A stretch of DNA of 64,000 nt, from NCBI RefSeq assembly GCF_009914755.1, contig NC_060926.1; one strand, written 5' to 3'. The DNA is from the human T2T-CHM13v2.0 reference genome, Homo sapiens. The notes beneath the pieces are model-generated. The model was given only the letters and a program-made list of their open reading frames with translations. It was not told the DNA's origin and ran no database searches. Below, one piece after another: positions 41,585-56,460 of this stretch; positions within the stretch are counted from its first letter, which is position 1; each line of letters starts with the position of its first letter. Position numbers and translations under genes: made by a program.

Positions 41585-42200
41585 CCCCGCCACCACTCCC
41601 ATTAGTGCACTTGGAGACTCCTTCCCTGAAGATTCTTTGGCAGCCTCCTCCAGCCTCCCAGAGTCTCTGGACCACCAATGCAGCCATGAGTTGCCTGTGG
41701 GCTTCTGTTGAGAAAAAGCTGTCCTCCTTGGCTCCACGCTGTACACCTTAGAGAAAACATTGCTGGTCACATACTGGGCTCTCCTGAAAATAGAGGCTTT
41801 CAGAGCCCCTGAGCCTGTGGGCCTCCCTACAGCTGCCCATTATTCTTTGGATCATGACAACCACACCCCACAAGCTTGGCACAGCTACCAAGTCCTCCCT
41901 GATGTTAGATAGAGCCAAGCCTGCACCCGCTGGTCCATTTCACCTGCGTGAAGGGTGGTCTCCCATGTCCTCAGTCCCTTGTGAGGTCACCCTCCCCCGG
42001 ACCCCTTAGCTATCTGGAAGCCTCTTGGACTAACTGAGTGAGGCCATCTCTAGACACGAGCTCTTGGGCCAGGGCTTGCAAGGTTTTCAGTGGCTGCTCA
42101 CCAGACTTGCTTCTGCTTTCCCACGCAGGAAGAACGTGATGACCACACAGACCACGGTGAAATGGAAATGATACATCAACGCAGGAACAAAGCCATCCAC
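41585..42200 (+). pseudogene. Frameshifted ERVL-class pol remnant (RT connection/tether domain)
   Basis: Stitched frames read SLWTT..HELPVGF..KKLSSLAPRCTPLEKTLLVTYWALLKIEA..LQLPIILWIM...HKLGTATKSSL..DRAKP, with KWK*YI at 42160-42177. These resemble the ERVL motifs PLGFWSK, YTPxEKQLLAxYWAL and KWKWYI. Confidence 0.75.
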
Positions 42201-42527
42201 AAAAGAAAGCAGTAAATCTCTCTAAGGCTGTATTCATCAATATGAGTGCAGGAGCAGCTGGAAACCATGAGACACCCACGGCAACAACGTGTGTGATATC
42301 GAGGCCTTTCTCAAAATCGCAGAAACTGTAACCGTGTGTGTGTGCACACTCGCGTATGTGCCTGGGTTCAGGCCCAGAAGCTAGACACTGCTTTCCAGAC
42401 AGATTTCTTAGGGAAATCCTGAATTGGAGCCTCAGAAAACTCTGGTACCAAACTTCTCATTTGTGAATATCAAATTTAGCCAAGCTCAGAAAGTCCCTGA
42501 GGACTCTCTTCATTTGTCCACAAGTTA

Positions 42528-43195
<668 letters not shown>

Positions 43196-43964
43196 TTAAG
43201 CCATCCCTCAGGACCCCTGAACCAGGCCTGACCCCAAGCAGAACGTGCCAGTGGTGAGCCTGCCCTGTCATACTTCTGAGCTGGGCGGGCTCCAGCCCTC
43301 CCTCACAGGCCCGAGAGGCCACCGGAGGTGAAACCTTTAGAGCCACCTCAGCAGGTGACTAAGGGCTAATGAGACCCCGTCAGTGCACCAGGCAGTCTGG
43401 TGAGCCGTAGAGAGAGTGAGCCCATGAGAGCTGGGTTCCCATGAAGGCTGGGCTTCCACTGGGGCTGAGAGACTTTATTTGCTGATGACAACCCTGGAAG
43501 CTTTTTGAATTTGCTTTCCTTCCCTAGCATCGCAAGGCCACAGTGACCCCTTGTAAGAGCTCACAGTGAGGCACTCACGTTGTGTCAGCCTTGGGTTTCG
43601 CTGGAGGCTCAGCTGTCAGCTGTGGGGTTGGCTCAGGTGGCCGTCCCATCTTCTGCTGTATAGGAATTCACGGTGCGGTGCCTCCTGCAATGAGCAGAAC
43701 AAGAACTACCACTTGCTAGGAGGGTAGGTACAGAAATAGCCTTAGGCCTGGGAGGTGACAGCCTGGAGACGAGGTAGGGATCTGGGTGTGTGTGTGACAG
43801 CCAGAATGTTCCCTAACAGAAGCTGCATTCAAACAGGGGAGAAAACTTTTCTCCTGAGAGTGAAGCTGTGAGACAGGGCATGGCACGTGTGGGACAGCAA
43901 AGAATCCTGGGGGAGCCCAGGGGGCCTCTATTTATGTCAACACCAGCTGTCATGTCCCGGGCGC

Positions 43965-44300
43965 TGCCTCATGCCAGACACTGCCAAGGGCACTCACACA
44001 CATTATCTCGTTTAATCCACAGACAGCCCTGGGAGAGAGATTAGCATCACTATTGTGTAGACAAGGAAACCCAGGCACCGAGAAGTCAAGTAATTTGTCT
44101 AAAGTTGCACAGCAAGGAAATAGCAGAAGGGAGAGTTCGTTTGTTTGTTTGTTTGTTTTGAGACAGAGTCTCACTCTACAGCCCAGGCTGGAGTTCAGTG
44201 GCATGATCTCGGCTCACTACAGCCTCCACCAACCGGGCTCAAGCCGTCCTAGAAGGGAGATTTTTAATCCAGGCCCCGAGGTCACTCTAATCTGAGTGCT
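43965..44300. mobile_element. MIR interrupted by a short antisense Alu 3' fragment (about 44139-44245)
   Basis: MIR core ATCTCGTTTAATCC...GGAAACCCAGGCACCGAGAAGTCAAGTAATTTGTCTAAAGTTGCACAGC. (TTTG)n followed by GAGACAGAGTCTCACTCT. Confidence 0.75.
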
Positions 44301-47300
44301 CTCTGAGGTCTGGCAGAAGGGAGGAATTCTGTGGCACATTCATGATGTGATCAGAGGGAGGATGGTGCCTGTGAAGAAGACAGAGGTGCCGCGCTGACCC
44401 TGTGTGCAGCCAACTCTGGGGAAGGCAGTAGGCAGAAGAGAAAGCCAGGGGCCCCAGGTCAGAGGTGTCAGGCACCGAAACAGGCAACCCCTTCTTGGGA
44501 AGGAAGGCTAAGGCACAGGGCAGCGAGGCCAGCACGGAGGGGCCGCTCAGCAGCCCCGGGCCGCCCCGGGACAGCAAACATGCAGCCCTTTCTGCCTAGC
44601 CCTGCCTCTAGCCCTGCCTCGCAGAGGATGGGACCATGTGAGGGTAGGGAAAAGAAAGAGGATGTCCCCAGAAATGTGGCATCCGAGGTCTCCTGCCCAG
44701 CTCTGCAACACACAGGAGTTCCCGGCCAGGCAGAAGGAGGCGACCTCCACAGATCAGCAGGCTGGAGCCAAGGTGTGCGTTCCTTTAGTGGGTTTTCAGT
44801 TGCAAATTCTACATCCTTTGTCCACTGTTTAACGAAAAAATGACGTTTCCTGCCCTCAGCCCAGTGCTTTCTCACCCCCCAATACCATCCTACCATCCTC
44901 AAAGGGAGCCGTTGTGAGGAGCGCAGTTTCTGTCCGTCCAGGTGTGCATTTACCTCTGTATCTGCAGACACATTTTATTAGAAGCAAAAAATGGATTATG
45001 CTTTAAGCACGGATCTGCCACTTCCTCTTTTACCTTGAAAGGACGCTGTCCCGGCATCCTCCGGTGTCAGCACATGGACATCCACTGTCCCTTTTCCACC
45101 CACGGCAGGGTGTCATCCCACAGCCTGGACACAGGCCTCCTATGCCAAGTGGATTAAACACTTCATGAGAAGAGACTGTCCTTTCCCACATAAAGAGCAA
45201 GTGATCGGGCCTGGAGCTGGTGGGGAGAGACTGTCATGTCTCGGAGGACCGGGTAGCGCCAAGATTCTGACCTCTCTGATTTTTTAAGGGGTTTGGGGAA
45301 GGTGATGGATCGAGAGGTGACGGGTTCTGGCAAGTGAGAGTTTGGAAAGATGGTGGGGTCTGGAAAGAGATGGGCCTGGGGGGTTTGGGGTCTGGGAGGT
45401 GATGCAGAGGGGATGGGTCTGAATCCTCCTCACGATGCAATGCCTAGTCCTGCACGGTCAGGGTCACTCCCAAACAAACCGGGCTGGTCGGATGCAGGCA
45501 GCCCTCCCCTCCACAGCTGTGGCTGCCCTCTGCCCACCAGCCTCTGGTTTCCTACATGCCTCTGAGGTGCACCTCTCTGGGCGCCTCCTCATCTGTCATC
45601 CAGGTGGGGCAGTGGCGAGTCCCCTCCCTTCCTTCTAAGGCTTAGCAGTTCTGAATCATAGACCAAGACCCGGGGCAGCCAAGAGCTTTTCCTTCCTTTT
45701 CCTTTAGGCCCTACTGCTTCAAAAACAGGTCTGTTGCCACAACAGGAACCAATGCACCCAAAGGACACAGTTTGTGTCATGGGCAGCAAGTTTAGGAAAC
45801 CAACAGGACAGGCCCTGTGGGGTCTGAGGGTTCCTCAGCTTTCCAGACGCCTGCCTGTGAGCTCATTTTCCCCGCCCTTTCTCCCTGTCCTTCAAGAAGC
45901 ACTCATGGCCCTGCCCATGGGCCAGGTGCTGCGCTAAGCACTACGCACTGAGACGTGAAGTAGCAATTTCCTACTACCCTCCATGCAAACATTCCATTCT
46001 TCTTTTGCAGCAAGTTTTTGCATTCTGCTTTGTTGAGTTTTATGGTTTTGATGTGTTTCTTGATCTCATGCTGTTCCTGATCTCCAAGTCCCCTGTGCCA
46101 ACTCAGAGACATCTGGGCTGGTCCCTGTGCCCTGTTTCTTCTGGCTGTGCTCCAAGTGCTTGGCCCTGGCCAATCATTCCAGTGACAGAAGAAACAGTAA
46201 CCCTCACTGGACCCTGCTTTCTTCCCCCAGAGGAGAACCCACATTGGCCTTGTCGAAGGTCTCGATGGCCCCACCCTGGAGTGCCTACACCTGCACCTCT
46301 CAGGCTCCCACATGTGCCTCCCTGTCCAGCCTGGCTCCCTGTGCTCGCAGAGCCTGTGTGTGACACTAGGGGAGTGTGTTTGAGGCTGAATGAGTGGCCA
46401 AGTCACCAGCTGGAAAGAGAAGCTCAGAGAAGGAACGAATTCACCTCTCTATGAGTTCTAAAAGATCATGTGCAGAAATGAAAATAGTTGCCTTGATTTG
46501 GAAGAATCGGGGGCATTAGGACAATGCCGTTTTTGTCTGTTTTCTAAGTAAGGGTGCATTTTTTTCCAACAGAAAATAGGAATGCTAAGAAGAAGGGTAT
46601 CTATCAGGAGAGCCTCCACTGCCACAGTCTCTCTCCTTGACTATAGGGCCAGGCGGCTTCTCTAGAAGGTGGATTCCTGGTCGTCCACGAGGGAGTGACC
46701 TCACTCTAAGGGGCGGGGGGGGGGGCGCCTTTGGAGGAAGCCCCAGGTGGAAGTATAAGTTTGAGCAGGAAAGGCCTGGGGCCAAGGTCATTGCAGGATG
46801 CATCTGCGAAATTCTGTTATTTACTTAACAACCACTCCAGAGTCTAAGAAGGCAGGCAGCGGCCATCTGAGGGGTGCTGTAAGTGAAACCTGAAGGGAGA
46901 TGCTTTGCACTGGAGCAAACCAGCCTAGCCCCAAACATGCTGAGACTACATTCCAAAGATCCACTGGCCCAGCCCTGCAGGTCTGATGTTTCGGGCAACG
47001 TGGGCCAAATTCCTGGTGCAACTTGCTGGGCAGGTTGTGAGCTCTCCTGTGGAGGCGCAGGGTCCAGTCCCTCTCTGGGGCAGAGAAGGTGGGCTCCAAA
47101 CAGGGAAGAAGAGGGGTCTTACTCTTGGGGTTCAACAGAGGGAATGGACTAAGTTCAAGGTATGCGGCATACCCTTTGCATTTTGCCTGAGCCCAGCCTG
47201 TCCCTGGCCTTTCTGGGTCTGCCCAGGAGCCACCTTCTCACACAGGTCACAGGCCTCCCTGGCCCCAGGACTCACCTGCACTGTCCCCTTGGCCTGGCAC

Positions 47301-47964
47301 ACTCCCTCCCTCTTCCTGCACATCCACATTCCATGCAACCTCACAGGCCTTCCTCAAGTTCCGCCGCAGCATCAGTCCTGTTCTCCTCCCCTTCCAGAAC
47401 TTGCCCCCATGCCTGTTCCTTCTGCCCTGGACTCCTGTGGTTGTTTACATTCTGCCTCCTCCCTGCTCTATCGCCTTCCTCAGACTCACTGTTGATCTCT
47501 GTATGTGCACTTGAAGCCTGCAGTGTGTGGTGCGATGCCAGACCCTCCTCCAGGAGACAGCAAGGGGCCTGGTGTGTGCTGTTCCAGTGTCGGGAAGGCT
47601 CTCTCCCTTCACCTGGTAACCACTGCTCACCAATCCAAAGGGCCCTTCCTCCCACAAGCTTCCCTATAGGCCAGGCTGGGCCGGTGCTGTACCTGGGCTC
47701 CCTGCAGTGTGCTATGCTTGATTAAGATCTGCCTCCCAAGCCTCATAATAAGCTTCAAAGAGGCAGGGGCCCCTCCTCCATGGCAACCCCATCACCCAGC
47801 GCTTACTGAACTTGGGCTGGAGGCAGGAGGCTCTACTGAGTTTACTGTTACATCTGCAGAGCGGGCACAGGGGTACCACCCAAGAGGTTCTCAGAAACAG
47901 GGCCCCACTGTGCAGCCTGCCCCCACCCCAACTTTGTTCTAGAACAGTTGGTCCATGTGCCACC

Positions 47965-48329
47965 TACTATGATCTGAATGTCTGTGTCCCCTCCCCAAAT
48001 TCCTATGTTGAAATCCTAACCCCCAAGATGATGGTATCAGGGCTGAGGCCTTTGGGAGGTGATTAGGTCATAAAGATGGAGGCCTCATGAATGGTATCAG
48101 TGTCCTTAGAAAAGTGGCCCCAGAGAGACCCTTCACCTCCTCCACCCTGTGAAGACACAGCAAGAAGGTGCCGTCTGTGAACCAGAAAGTGGACCCTCAA
48201 CAGACACGGAATCTGCAACACCTTGATCTAGGATTTCCAGCCTCCAGAACAGTGAGAAACAGGCTCCTGCTGTTGACAAGCCTCCTGGTCTACCGTAGTT
48301 TATTACAGCAGCCCGAACAGACTAAGACA
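47965..48329 (+). mobile_element. MLT1A/A0-type MaLR solo LTR
   Basis: TACTATGATCTGAATGTCTGTGTCCCC...CCAGCCTCCAGAACAGTGAGAAAC...CCCGAACAGACTAAGACA. Degenerate TSD CCACC/CCGTC. Confidence 0.9.
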
Positions 48330-49871
48330 CCGTCTCTGAGCACTTTGCCTGCAGTCATGGACAAAGCATGCCCAGCACAGGCCCTGACCAGGTGCCTCTC
48401 AGCCTCACGTGCTGTCCCTCTTGGAAAGAGCTCTCCTAGGGAGCAGGGACTCTGTCTTTCCTACTCACACACCCTCTACCCTCCATCCCCATCCACAAGT
48501 CACCCAGACAATGCCAGCCTGTTTTGTGCTCAGAATATCATGAGGACTTTGTCGGACAGTGGCAGAGTGCCACATCTCCCTGGTTCTAGAAAACATGATC
48601 CTACAAGAGGGTGGGGAAAAGAGCACATGCGGATCATTGTCCCTGGAGGCAGTGGGCACACGGAGCCCATGGCCCATCAAAGGACAGTGCCCTGGTGAGC
48701 AGCCACCACTTCAGATTTTCCAGTTTGTGGATTTTGTGCAGTAGACACAGAGCCTGCCTGCTGGAATCAAGAGGCCTAGTCACCAGCCATGTGGCCTGCG
48801 CACATTACCTCCCATTCCTAGCCTGTATGTTGGGTGACACCCACCAGCAAGCCTCTGTGGGATTAAATGAAGCCATGCAGGCAAAGTGCCTGTGGCAGTG
48901 CTGGGACTCAGCAAGCCCTCAGTAACAGGTTCCCCTCCTGCGCTGACGCCATGGCAGCTGTGGCTGCCATTCCCCCATCCGCCAGCAGGTGCCCTCACTG
49001 CTTCATGCCTTCTATGGAACCCAGGGCTGTGGGTGACTGTGTCTGTGAGAAAAATAAAATCCCTAGGGGGAAGTGCGCGTTCAGGGTAGCTCTCTGAACT
49101 CATGTCGGCACCCGGCCTCGCCATCCATAAATGGGGATGATGACCCCCACTTCCTTGTGTTCCCAGAGGTGAAGGTCCCAAGCCCTGTCCACCAGGGCAG
49201 GTGCCTGGGGCCACACCTGAGATGACCATGAAGACTGGATTTGGGAGGCTGCCGATGTCTGCATGGAGCTGGCATTTGACTGGCAATTGCCCATCTTGAG
49301 CAGGGTTTTCATCGAGGGCTCGGAGCTTTAGAGGTGCAGCGTCACTCAGGTTCAAGGTGCTCAGCAACTCTGTGCCCTTGGGCAGCTACTTAACACTTCT
49401 GAGCCTCTGTTAGCTCATCAGTAAAATGGGAGTCATCTTACCTACCTCAAAAACCAATGCACCTACTGTTACGGATGGGCAACTCCTGCCCATTAATCTT
49501 TCCCTGAACACGTCCCTCTCCCCACAATCTCCTCCCTCCCCCTGAACACACACAAACTGGAGGTGGTAACCTCTTCCTTCCCCAGGCTGGCTCTGCAATG
49601 GCAACTTTCCAATTCCTACTTTGTGGAAACCCACCCAAGGCCACGTTATTAATATTTGACAGAAGCCCCAGACCCACCCTCTTATTCACACCCACTGGGA
49701 AGACCAAGGATACTCACTGAGTTATTATTGGCTGAAATTATTTTTTCATATCCTGCTGGAAACCAAAATATGGTCCTGGGCTTCTGATAAGTATCAACCA
49801 CCTCATTCACCAGCAGGTGGCCCAGAGCACCTGCAGAAGCTGTGCTGGGGAATGAAGACAGGCCCATCTTT

Positions 49872-50092
49872 ACTTACCAATGCCTCTCTCTTACCAATGT
49901 CTCTCTCTCTCACCAATGCCTCTGTTTTACAAATGCCTCCTCTCACCAACGCCTCTCTCTCTCTCTCTCACACACCAGTGCCTCTCTCTCACCAGTGCCT
50001 CTCTCTGTCTCACCAACGCCTCTCTCTCACCAATGCCTCTCTATTTACCAATGTCTCTCTATTACCAGTGCCTCACTCCTCACCAGTGCTTC
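49872..50092. repeat. Degenerate minisatellite, CACCA(A/G)TGCC(TC)n units
   Basis: About a dozen variable-length units visible. Confidence 0.9.
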
Positions 50093-52106
50093 TTACATCC
50101 AAACAGGGCACTTCCATGTCCTCCTCTGGTGGTCAAGCACAGACAAAGCTGGAGTCATCCACCATTGGCTAAGGTTTAATGAGCACTCACCAGAGGCTGG
50201 GCTCTGCTTGGGTGCTGAGCATATGCTAGGGTGGGGAAGGAGAGGGGCAGATGGGGGTGGCTGGAGGATGCCCTGCCGAGGGTAGAGTCTGGTCAGGAAG
50301 ATGAACGTCGAGCGGAGAACTCCAGGTGGGAGGAGGGGGTCACAGAGATAGGGACAAACCCCCTTGACCCTGGCCGGGCTGCCTTCCTCATCCTCTGAAG
50401 CCTCTTTCAGAGATTGCTGCCCCTCTGCCTTATCAAAGGAGGGCTGGGACTGCTGAGCTCCACTGAGTTGCCCCTGGGAGCGAGCTTTCCCCAAAGGCTC
50501 AGGCCCAAGTAGGAATGAGTTAGCAACAAAGGCTTGAAATAAGTAGGAAATCACCAAACCAAACCACAAACAAAAGCCCTCCAGGCCAGGTAAGGACATT
50601 ATTAGGAGTTGATAGGATCTTCTTGTTCTTAATTAGTATGTGCTGATAGGAAATCTCCAAGCAGCTTTCGCTGGACTGCCTGAGGGTCATCTCACCTCTC
50701 TTCAGGCTGCGGCTTCCTGTGGCCACCTTGCTTTAAGGCTTGTTCCCAGGACGGTCTCCTGGGGAGGAAGAAGATGTCCTCTCAGAGGCCAGCAGGTCCA
50801 ACTAACGAGCTATGAGATGCCCAAGGTGGATGAGGACCTGGGCTCCTAAAGTCCCACAGCCCATTGTGTCCAGAGAGATGCTGCCCTGGGGACCCGACAC
50901 AATGGCACCTTGGTTGCAGCCGTCCGGGCTGGCAGCTCACAGAGGCACAGTGGGGTTTTCTCATTTCAAATGCCTGGCCCCTTTCCAGAGGCACTTAGAA
51001 TGGCCAGCTGATGGGCGTGCTACTTTTGCTTTGGAAAATGCGTCCACGAATATACTTCTCTCCCTAGGGACTGGGAAGGAGGAAGAATTGTGCAGCAGGG
51101 AGAGGTGAAGGCCCCACTGGAGAGAAGGGGAGCCCCTTGTCCTGCCTGCAGCAGCTGCCAATGGAAAGAAAGAAGAGTTGGGAGTCTAAGCTGGAGGTTG
51201 CGGGGCCAATTCCCTTTTGGCAGGCGAGAATCCGGACTCGGGCGGATTTCAGGCTTCAGTGTTTGTAGGAGGAAACACAGCAATCACACTATTAATAGTA
51301 AATTAAAATAAATGGGCAACTGCTGCATGGTAATACTTTTTTTTTTAAGGCAAAAAATAAAAAATAGTGAAACAGAGAAACAAAACATGAAACACCGGCA
51401 GTCAACAGGCAGGCAAAGAACCTGGGGGTGGGGGTAGCAGCGGTCCCACCCTCAAAAGGCCCGGGCTGCCCAGACCAAGAGAAAGCGATGAATCTCTTCT
51501 GGTAACGTCCCTTCCTGTCGCATGGATTCAAGGCCGACCTGCCCCAGCACCACCACCAGCAGCCTTCTGCTGGGGCCGGCACAGCTGGGAGCAACCTCCT
51601 ACTCTCAGGCAGACGCGCAGCACCAAGCAGAGAGGCCCGGTGCAGGATCCCAGCGCCGAACCAGCGCCGGCTCAGTGGACGCGGAAGGGGCCGGCGGCCG
51701 CGGCCGGTCCCATCCCCCACTGCAGACCCCCAGCCTGTGGCGGTGGTCCAGTTCCGCCAGGAAACCGCCGCCTGGAGCTGTGGGTCGCGCACATTAACGC
51801 ATCCAGCGGAAAAATGAAGGAGACCCAAATTCAAAGTTAAAGTAATGGTGACCCGAGAGGTGCCTTGATGAGAAGGTTTGGGGTCCCGGTTACTGATGGT
51901 TATCATTCTTACGAGATGCTGGTCACCTACGAAGGGAGAAAGGCACGAGGAGCGCCTGACCAAAGTGGTTTTGCCCTGCTTCCCGCAAGAGGTGGCACCC
52001 ACGGCTGGAACGCAGGAGTCAGACCCACAGTCCCCAGCTCTGGACGCCCGCAGCGGGGCCTCGAAGAGGTTCAGGGCGGTGCCCGCGGCGCTCGGGCCGG
52101 GTCTCC

Positions 52107-52141
52107 CGGGGCGTGGGGCGGGGGGCGGGGTTGGGCGGCGG
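52107..52141 (+). promoter_or_regulatory. Clustered GC boxes (Sp/KLF) and potential G-quadruplex in the MAL proximal promoter
   Basis: GGGGCGTGGGGCGGGGGGCGGGGTTGGGCGGCGG, about 150-190 bp upstream of the ATG. No canonical TATAAA nearby. Confidence 0.75.
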
Positions 52142-52293
52142 CCGGGGCTCCTCCCTCTTCTGCCCCGGGCTCCCCTGCTCTTAACCCGCGCGCGGGGGCG
52201 CCCAGGCCACTGGGCTCCGCGGAGCCAGCGAGAGGTCTGCGCGGAGTCTGAGCGGCGCTCGTCCCGTCCCAAGGCCGACGCCAGCACGCCGTC

Positions 52294-52386
52294 ATGGCCC
52301 CCGCAGCGGCGACGGGGGGCAGCACCCTGCCCAGTGGCTTCTCGGTCTTCACCACCTTGCCCGACTTGCTCTTCATCTTTGAGTTT
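52294..52386 (+). CDS. MAL: MAL (myelin and lymphocyte protein, MARVEL tetraspan proteolipid), coding part of exon 1; intron 1 runs past the window end
   Basis: Translates to MAPAAATGGSTLPSGFSVFTTLPDLLFIFEF, the recognised MAL N-terminus. Good Kozak context GCCGTCATGG. Phase-0 donor TTT|GTGAGT at 52387. Confidence 0.97.
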
Positions 52387-54084
52387 GTGAGTGGCTCCTG
52401 GCCGGGGAAGGGACGGGGTGGGCTGAGCCGTGCGCTCTCTCGGGCGCCCAGCACAGCTGTCGGACGGGATCCGCTAGCTGCGCAGGTTCTGGGAGCATCG
52501 GGGCAGCAGGCGCAGGGCGGGGACTAAGCCAGGGAAGTCCCCTCCCACCTCCGGTCCTTTGTGCCCTTCTAGACCAACAGAATGAGGGGAACAGTCTACA
52601 GGACTATGGAGGAAAAACTGGGTTCCCAACTGGGGTCAGATGTAGGCAGCGGGGCAGGGGGGGACGGCTCTTGGTTCGCTGGTCCCAAAGCTGCGCGCGG
52701 GGCCCACTTGACGCGCGCAGCGCCACCGAAGCTCCCGCCGCGCTTTGCGCGGTTGGGTAGAAGTGCGCAGCTTTTACAAGGGAGAAGGTTTCGTTAAAAA
52801 AGAAAAAAAAATCAGCAAGAGAAACATTAGTATTACCAACCGAGATTTGGAGATGAGAGGGAGCTGAATCCGGTTTATTTTCTTCTGGCCTTTTAAAGTT
52901 TCTGGCGAGGGAACGTATTTGCGACCAATTCGATCTGGAAATGAGGCCATCGTTTGCTTGGCCGCAGTCCTTCTGCCCCGTGTGCGGGGTGGGGGTGGAG
53001 GAGATGGGGGGTGGGGGGTGGGGGGTGGCGGCGAGAGCGATCCGCGCGCCTCGACTGACCTTGGGCAGGCCCGGGGCCTCTGCACCTGCGGTCGGTCCCG
53101 CCTTGCACGCACGGTCTCTGCCTGAGGCTGCAGGAAAGCGCTTCCTACTGAGAACTCCTGATAAGCGCTCACGGTGTCGCGAAGCCGAAGTGACCTCCCT
53201 CAGCCTCAACTCCCCGGGGGCCGCTGGCCTTCACCTGGGAGGGGTGTGCCCTGTATGTCCTGTGGGTGCGGTCCGTCACCGCCTGAGGGACACCTTTTCC
53301 GGCACCCCACCCTCAGAAGTGTCAGCGTGGAGAGTTGGGCGGGAAAGAAAATGTCGGAGCCTGGCTGTTTAAAAATTGGACCCCAGGTTGTTATTGCCTG
53401 ATTGGAGGGGGAGGGTGTGAATACCAAAGGGAGCAGGTCAGTTCATCCAAAGAGGGCTTGCGGGCAGAGGCTAAGAGGGCTGCGGCGGCCTGGGAGCAGG
53501 GCTACCATTGAACTTAGGGTGAAAGTCCAGTCGAACCCAAACCTGGGTGGAACCGGTGACTTGAAATCCTAGGGATAGGCGGAATCAAAGCAGTTACATT
53601 TAGAAGAAACCCTGGACGCCAATGAACGCAGCCCCACCGTTTACAGAGAGCCAGCCCCCCGCTGGCCTCCTTTTAGAAGTTCAGCATACAAGAAGGAGTG
53701 CCCCTGAGAGTAGGAACAGTCCAGTTAGACGGGGCGATCTGATCTGCGGGAAAGGTGACCGGAGACTCCCACCCAACCCGCCAATGCTGCAGAAATTACA
53801 GGGGCGTGGGAAACCTTGGAACCATCTACTACTGGCAGCTTGCTCTTCCAGCGTGGCTTTGTGGCCTGCCGGTAGCGGGGCTTCCAGAAGAAACAACTCC
53901 CCCTCGCCCAGAACGCTTCTCTCAGCTGACTTAGAAAGTCACTTCTCCACCTCACCCCTGTTCCCCACCTCCCTTCCTCACTTCCCAGGAGACCCGCAAT
54001 GCATAGTCATCTCCAGGCATCTTCCACATGCTCTAGATTAGGGGTGGGCTCGCAGGTGCCTGGGAGAGAAGAGGAGAAAGCTGA

Positions 54085-54357
<273 letters not shown>

Positions 54358-54364
54358 TAATTAT

Positions 54365-55575
<1,211 letters not shown>

Positions 55576-55579
55576 AAAT

Positions 55580-56460
55580 AGAAATATTTCAAATGCCACA
55601 GAAGAACATATACAATACTTTAACAGACACCTACATAATTATTGCCCAACTTTGTCAAATCTTAATATTTTGCCTTGTTTGCTGTTATGTATTAAGGAAA
55701 TGAAGCTTTCAGATGGCATCTAAGCCTCCTAGACATCCTTCTGTTATCTTATTCTCTCTCTCCCTCCGTCCTCAGGGCCACCTGTAGGCTGAATGTGGTG
55801 TTCACTTCCAAGCACAGGTTAGACTTTTACTGCACACATATGAACTACACATGGCATTGTTTTACATGTTTTCGCACTTTATGAAAATGCCAGCATACAG
55901 TACGTATCCTTCTGCAACATGCTTTCCAGGCAACATTATGTTCTGAGATTTATACATGTTGACTTTGTTTACCCAGTCTTCTGTTAATAGACACTTTGGA
56001 TAGTTCCAATTTGCTGCCTTTAGCTATTGCAGACAGCATTGCTAAGAACATTCTCATATTTGCCTCTGTAGTTACCTGTTGGAAATGTCTCCCAGAGACA
56101 CTTGGAGGATGTGACTTGTTGGGTCACAGGGGATATGCACATTGTCATTTTCCCAGGTGTTATCACATTGCCGTCCAAAAGAGTAATTCCAATTTACACA
56201 CCCCAGGAGCAGATTTACTGGGAAGCTGATGTTTAATTAAGTTCAAGACCCCTACTTACTCAAGCCCCTTCCAAGACTCTGCCTAATTTTGTATTCTCTT
56301 ATAAAGATGGTCCTCCTGATTGTTTAAGCTTCAGGCTAAACCTGGACCTTCCCCGGCCCCTACCAGCAGCACATGAAAGTCGCCATTGTTCCTCATCACT
56401 TGGTAGCGTCAGACTTTATAATTTTCTGCTAGTCCAATGGGTGTGAAATGCTTGATTATT
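55580..56460 (-). mobile_element. Old L1ME-type fragment, antisense, interrupted by a MITE
   Basis: TATCCTTCTGCAAC...TTCTGAGATTTATACATGTTG...CCAATTTACAC...TAGTCCAATGGGTGTGAAATG. Confidence 0.6.
56204..56356 (+). mobile_element. MER53-like hAT MITE
   Basis: CAGGAGCAGATTTACTGGGAAGCT...GCCCCTTCCAAG...CCTAATTTTGTATTC...TAAGCTTCAGGC...AAACCTGGA. Confidence 0.65.

Larger units (their letters stand above)
51500..53490. promoter_or_regulatory. MAL: MAL promoter/exon 1 CpG island
   Basis: Very high CpG and GC density around the MAL start codon. Boundaries approximate. Confidence 0.9.

Noticed and set aside
51288-51299. 12-bp perfect palindrome ACTATTAATAGT upstream of MAL
   Set aside because: Palindromes of this length are expected by chance several times in 64 kb.
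52387-52527. C-terminal part of the 77-aa ORF starting at the MAL ATG
   Set aside because: Similarity to MAL ends at ...FIFEF, exactly at the GTGAGT donor. The rest is intron read-through.
51292-53372. Long ORFs around the MAL promoter (331 aa, 201 aa, 170 aa and others)
   Set aside because: Arg/Pro/Gly/Ala-rich stop-poor frames are expected in a CpG island, and no domains are recognisable.
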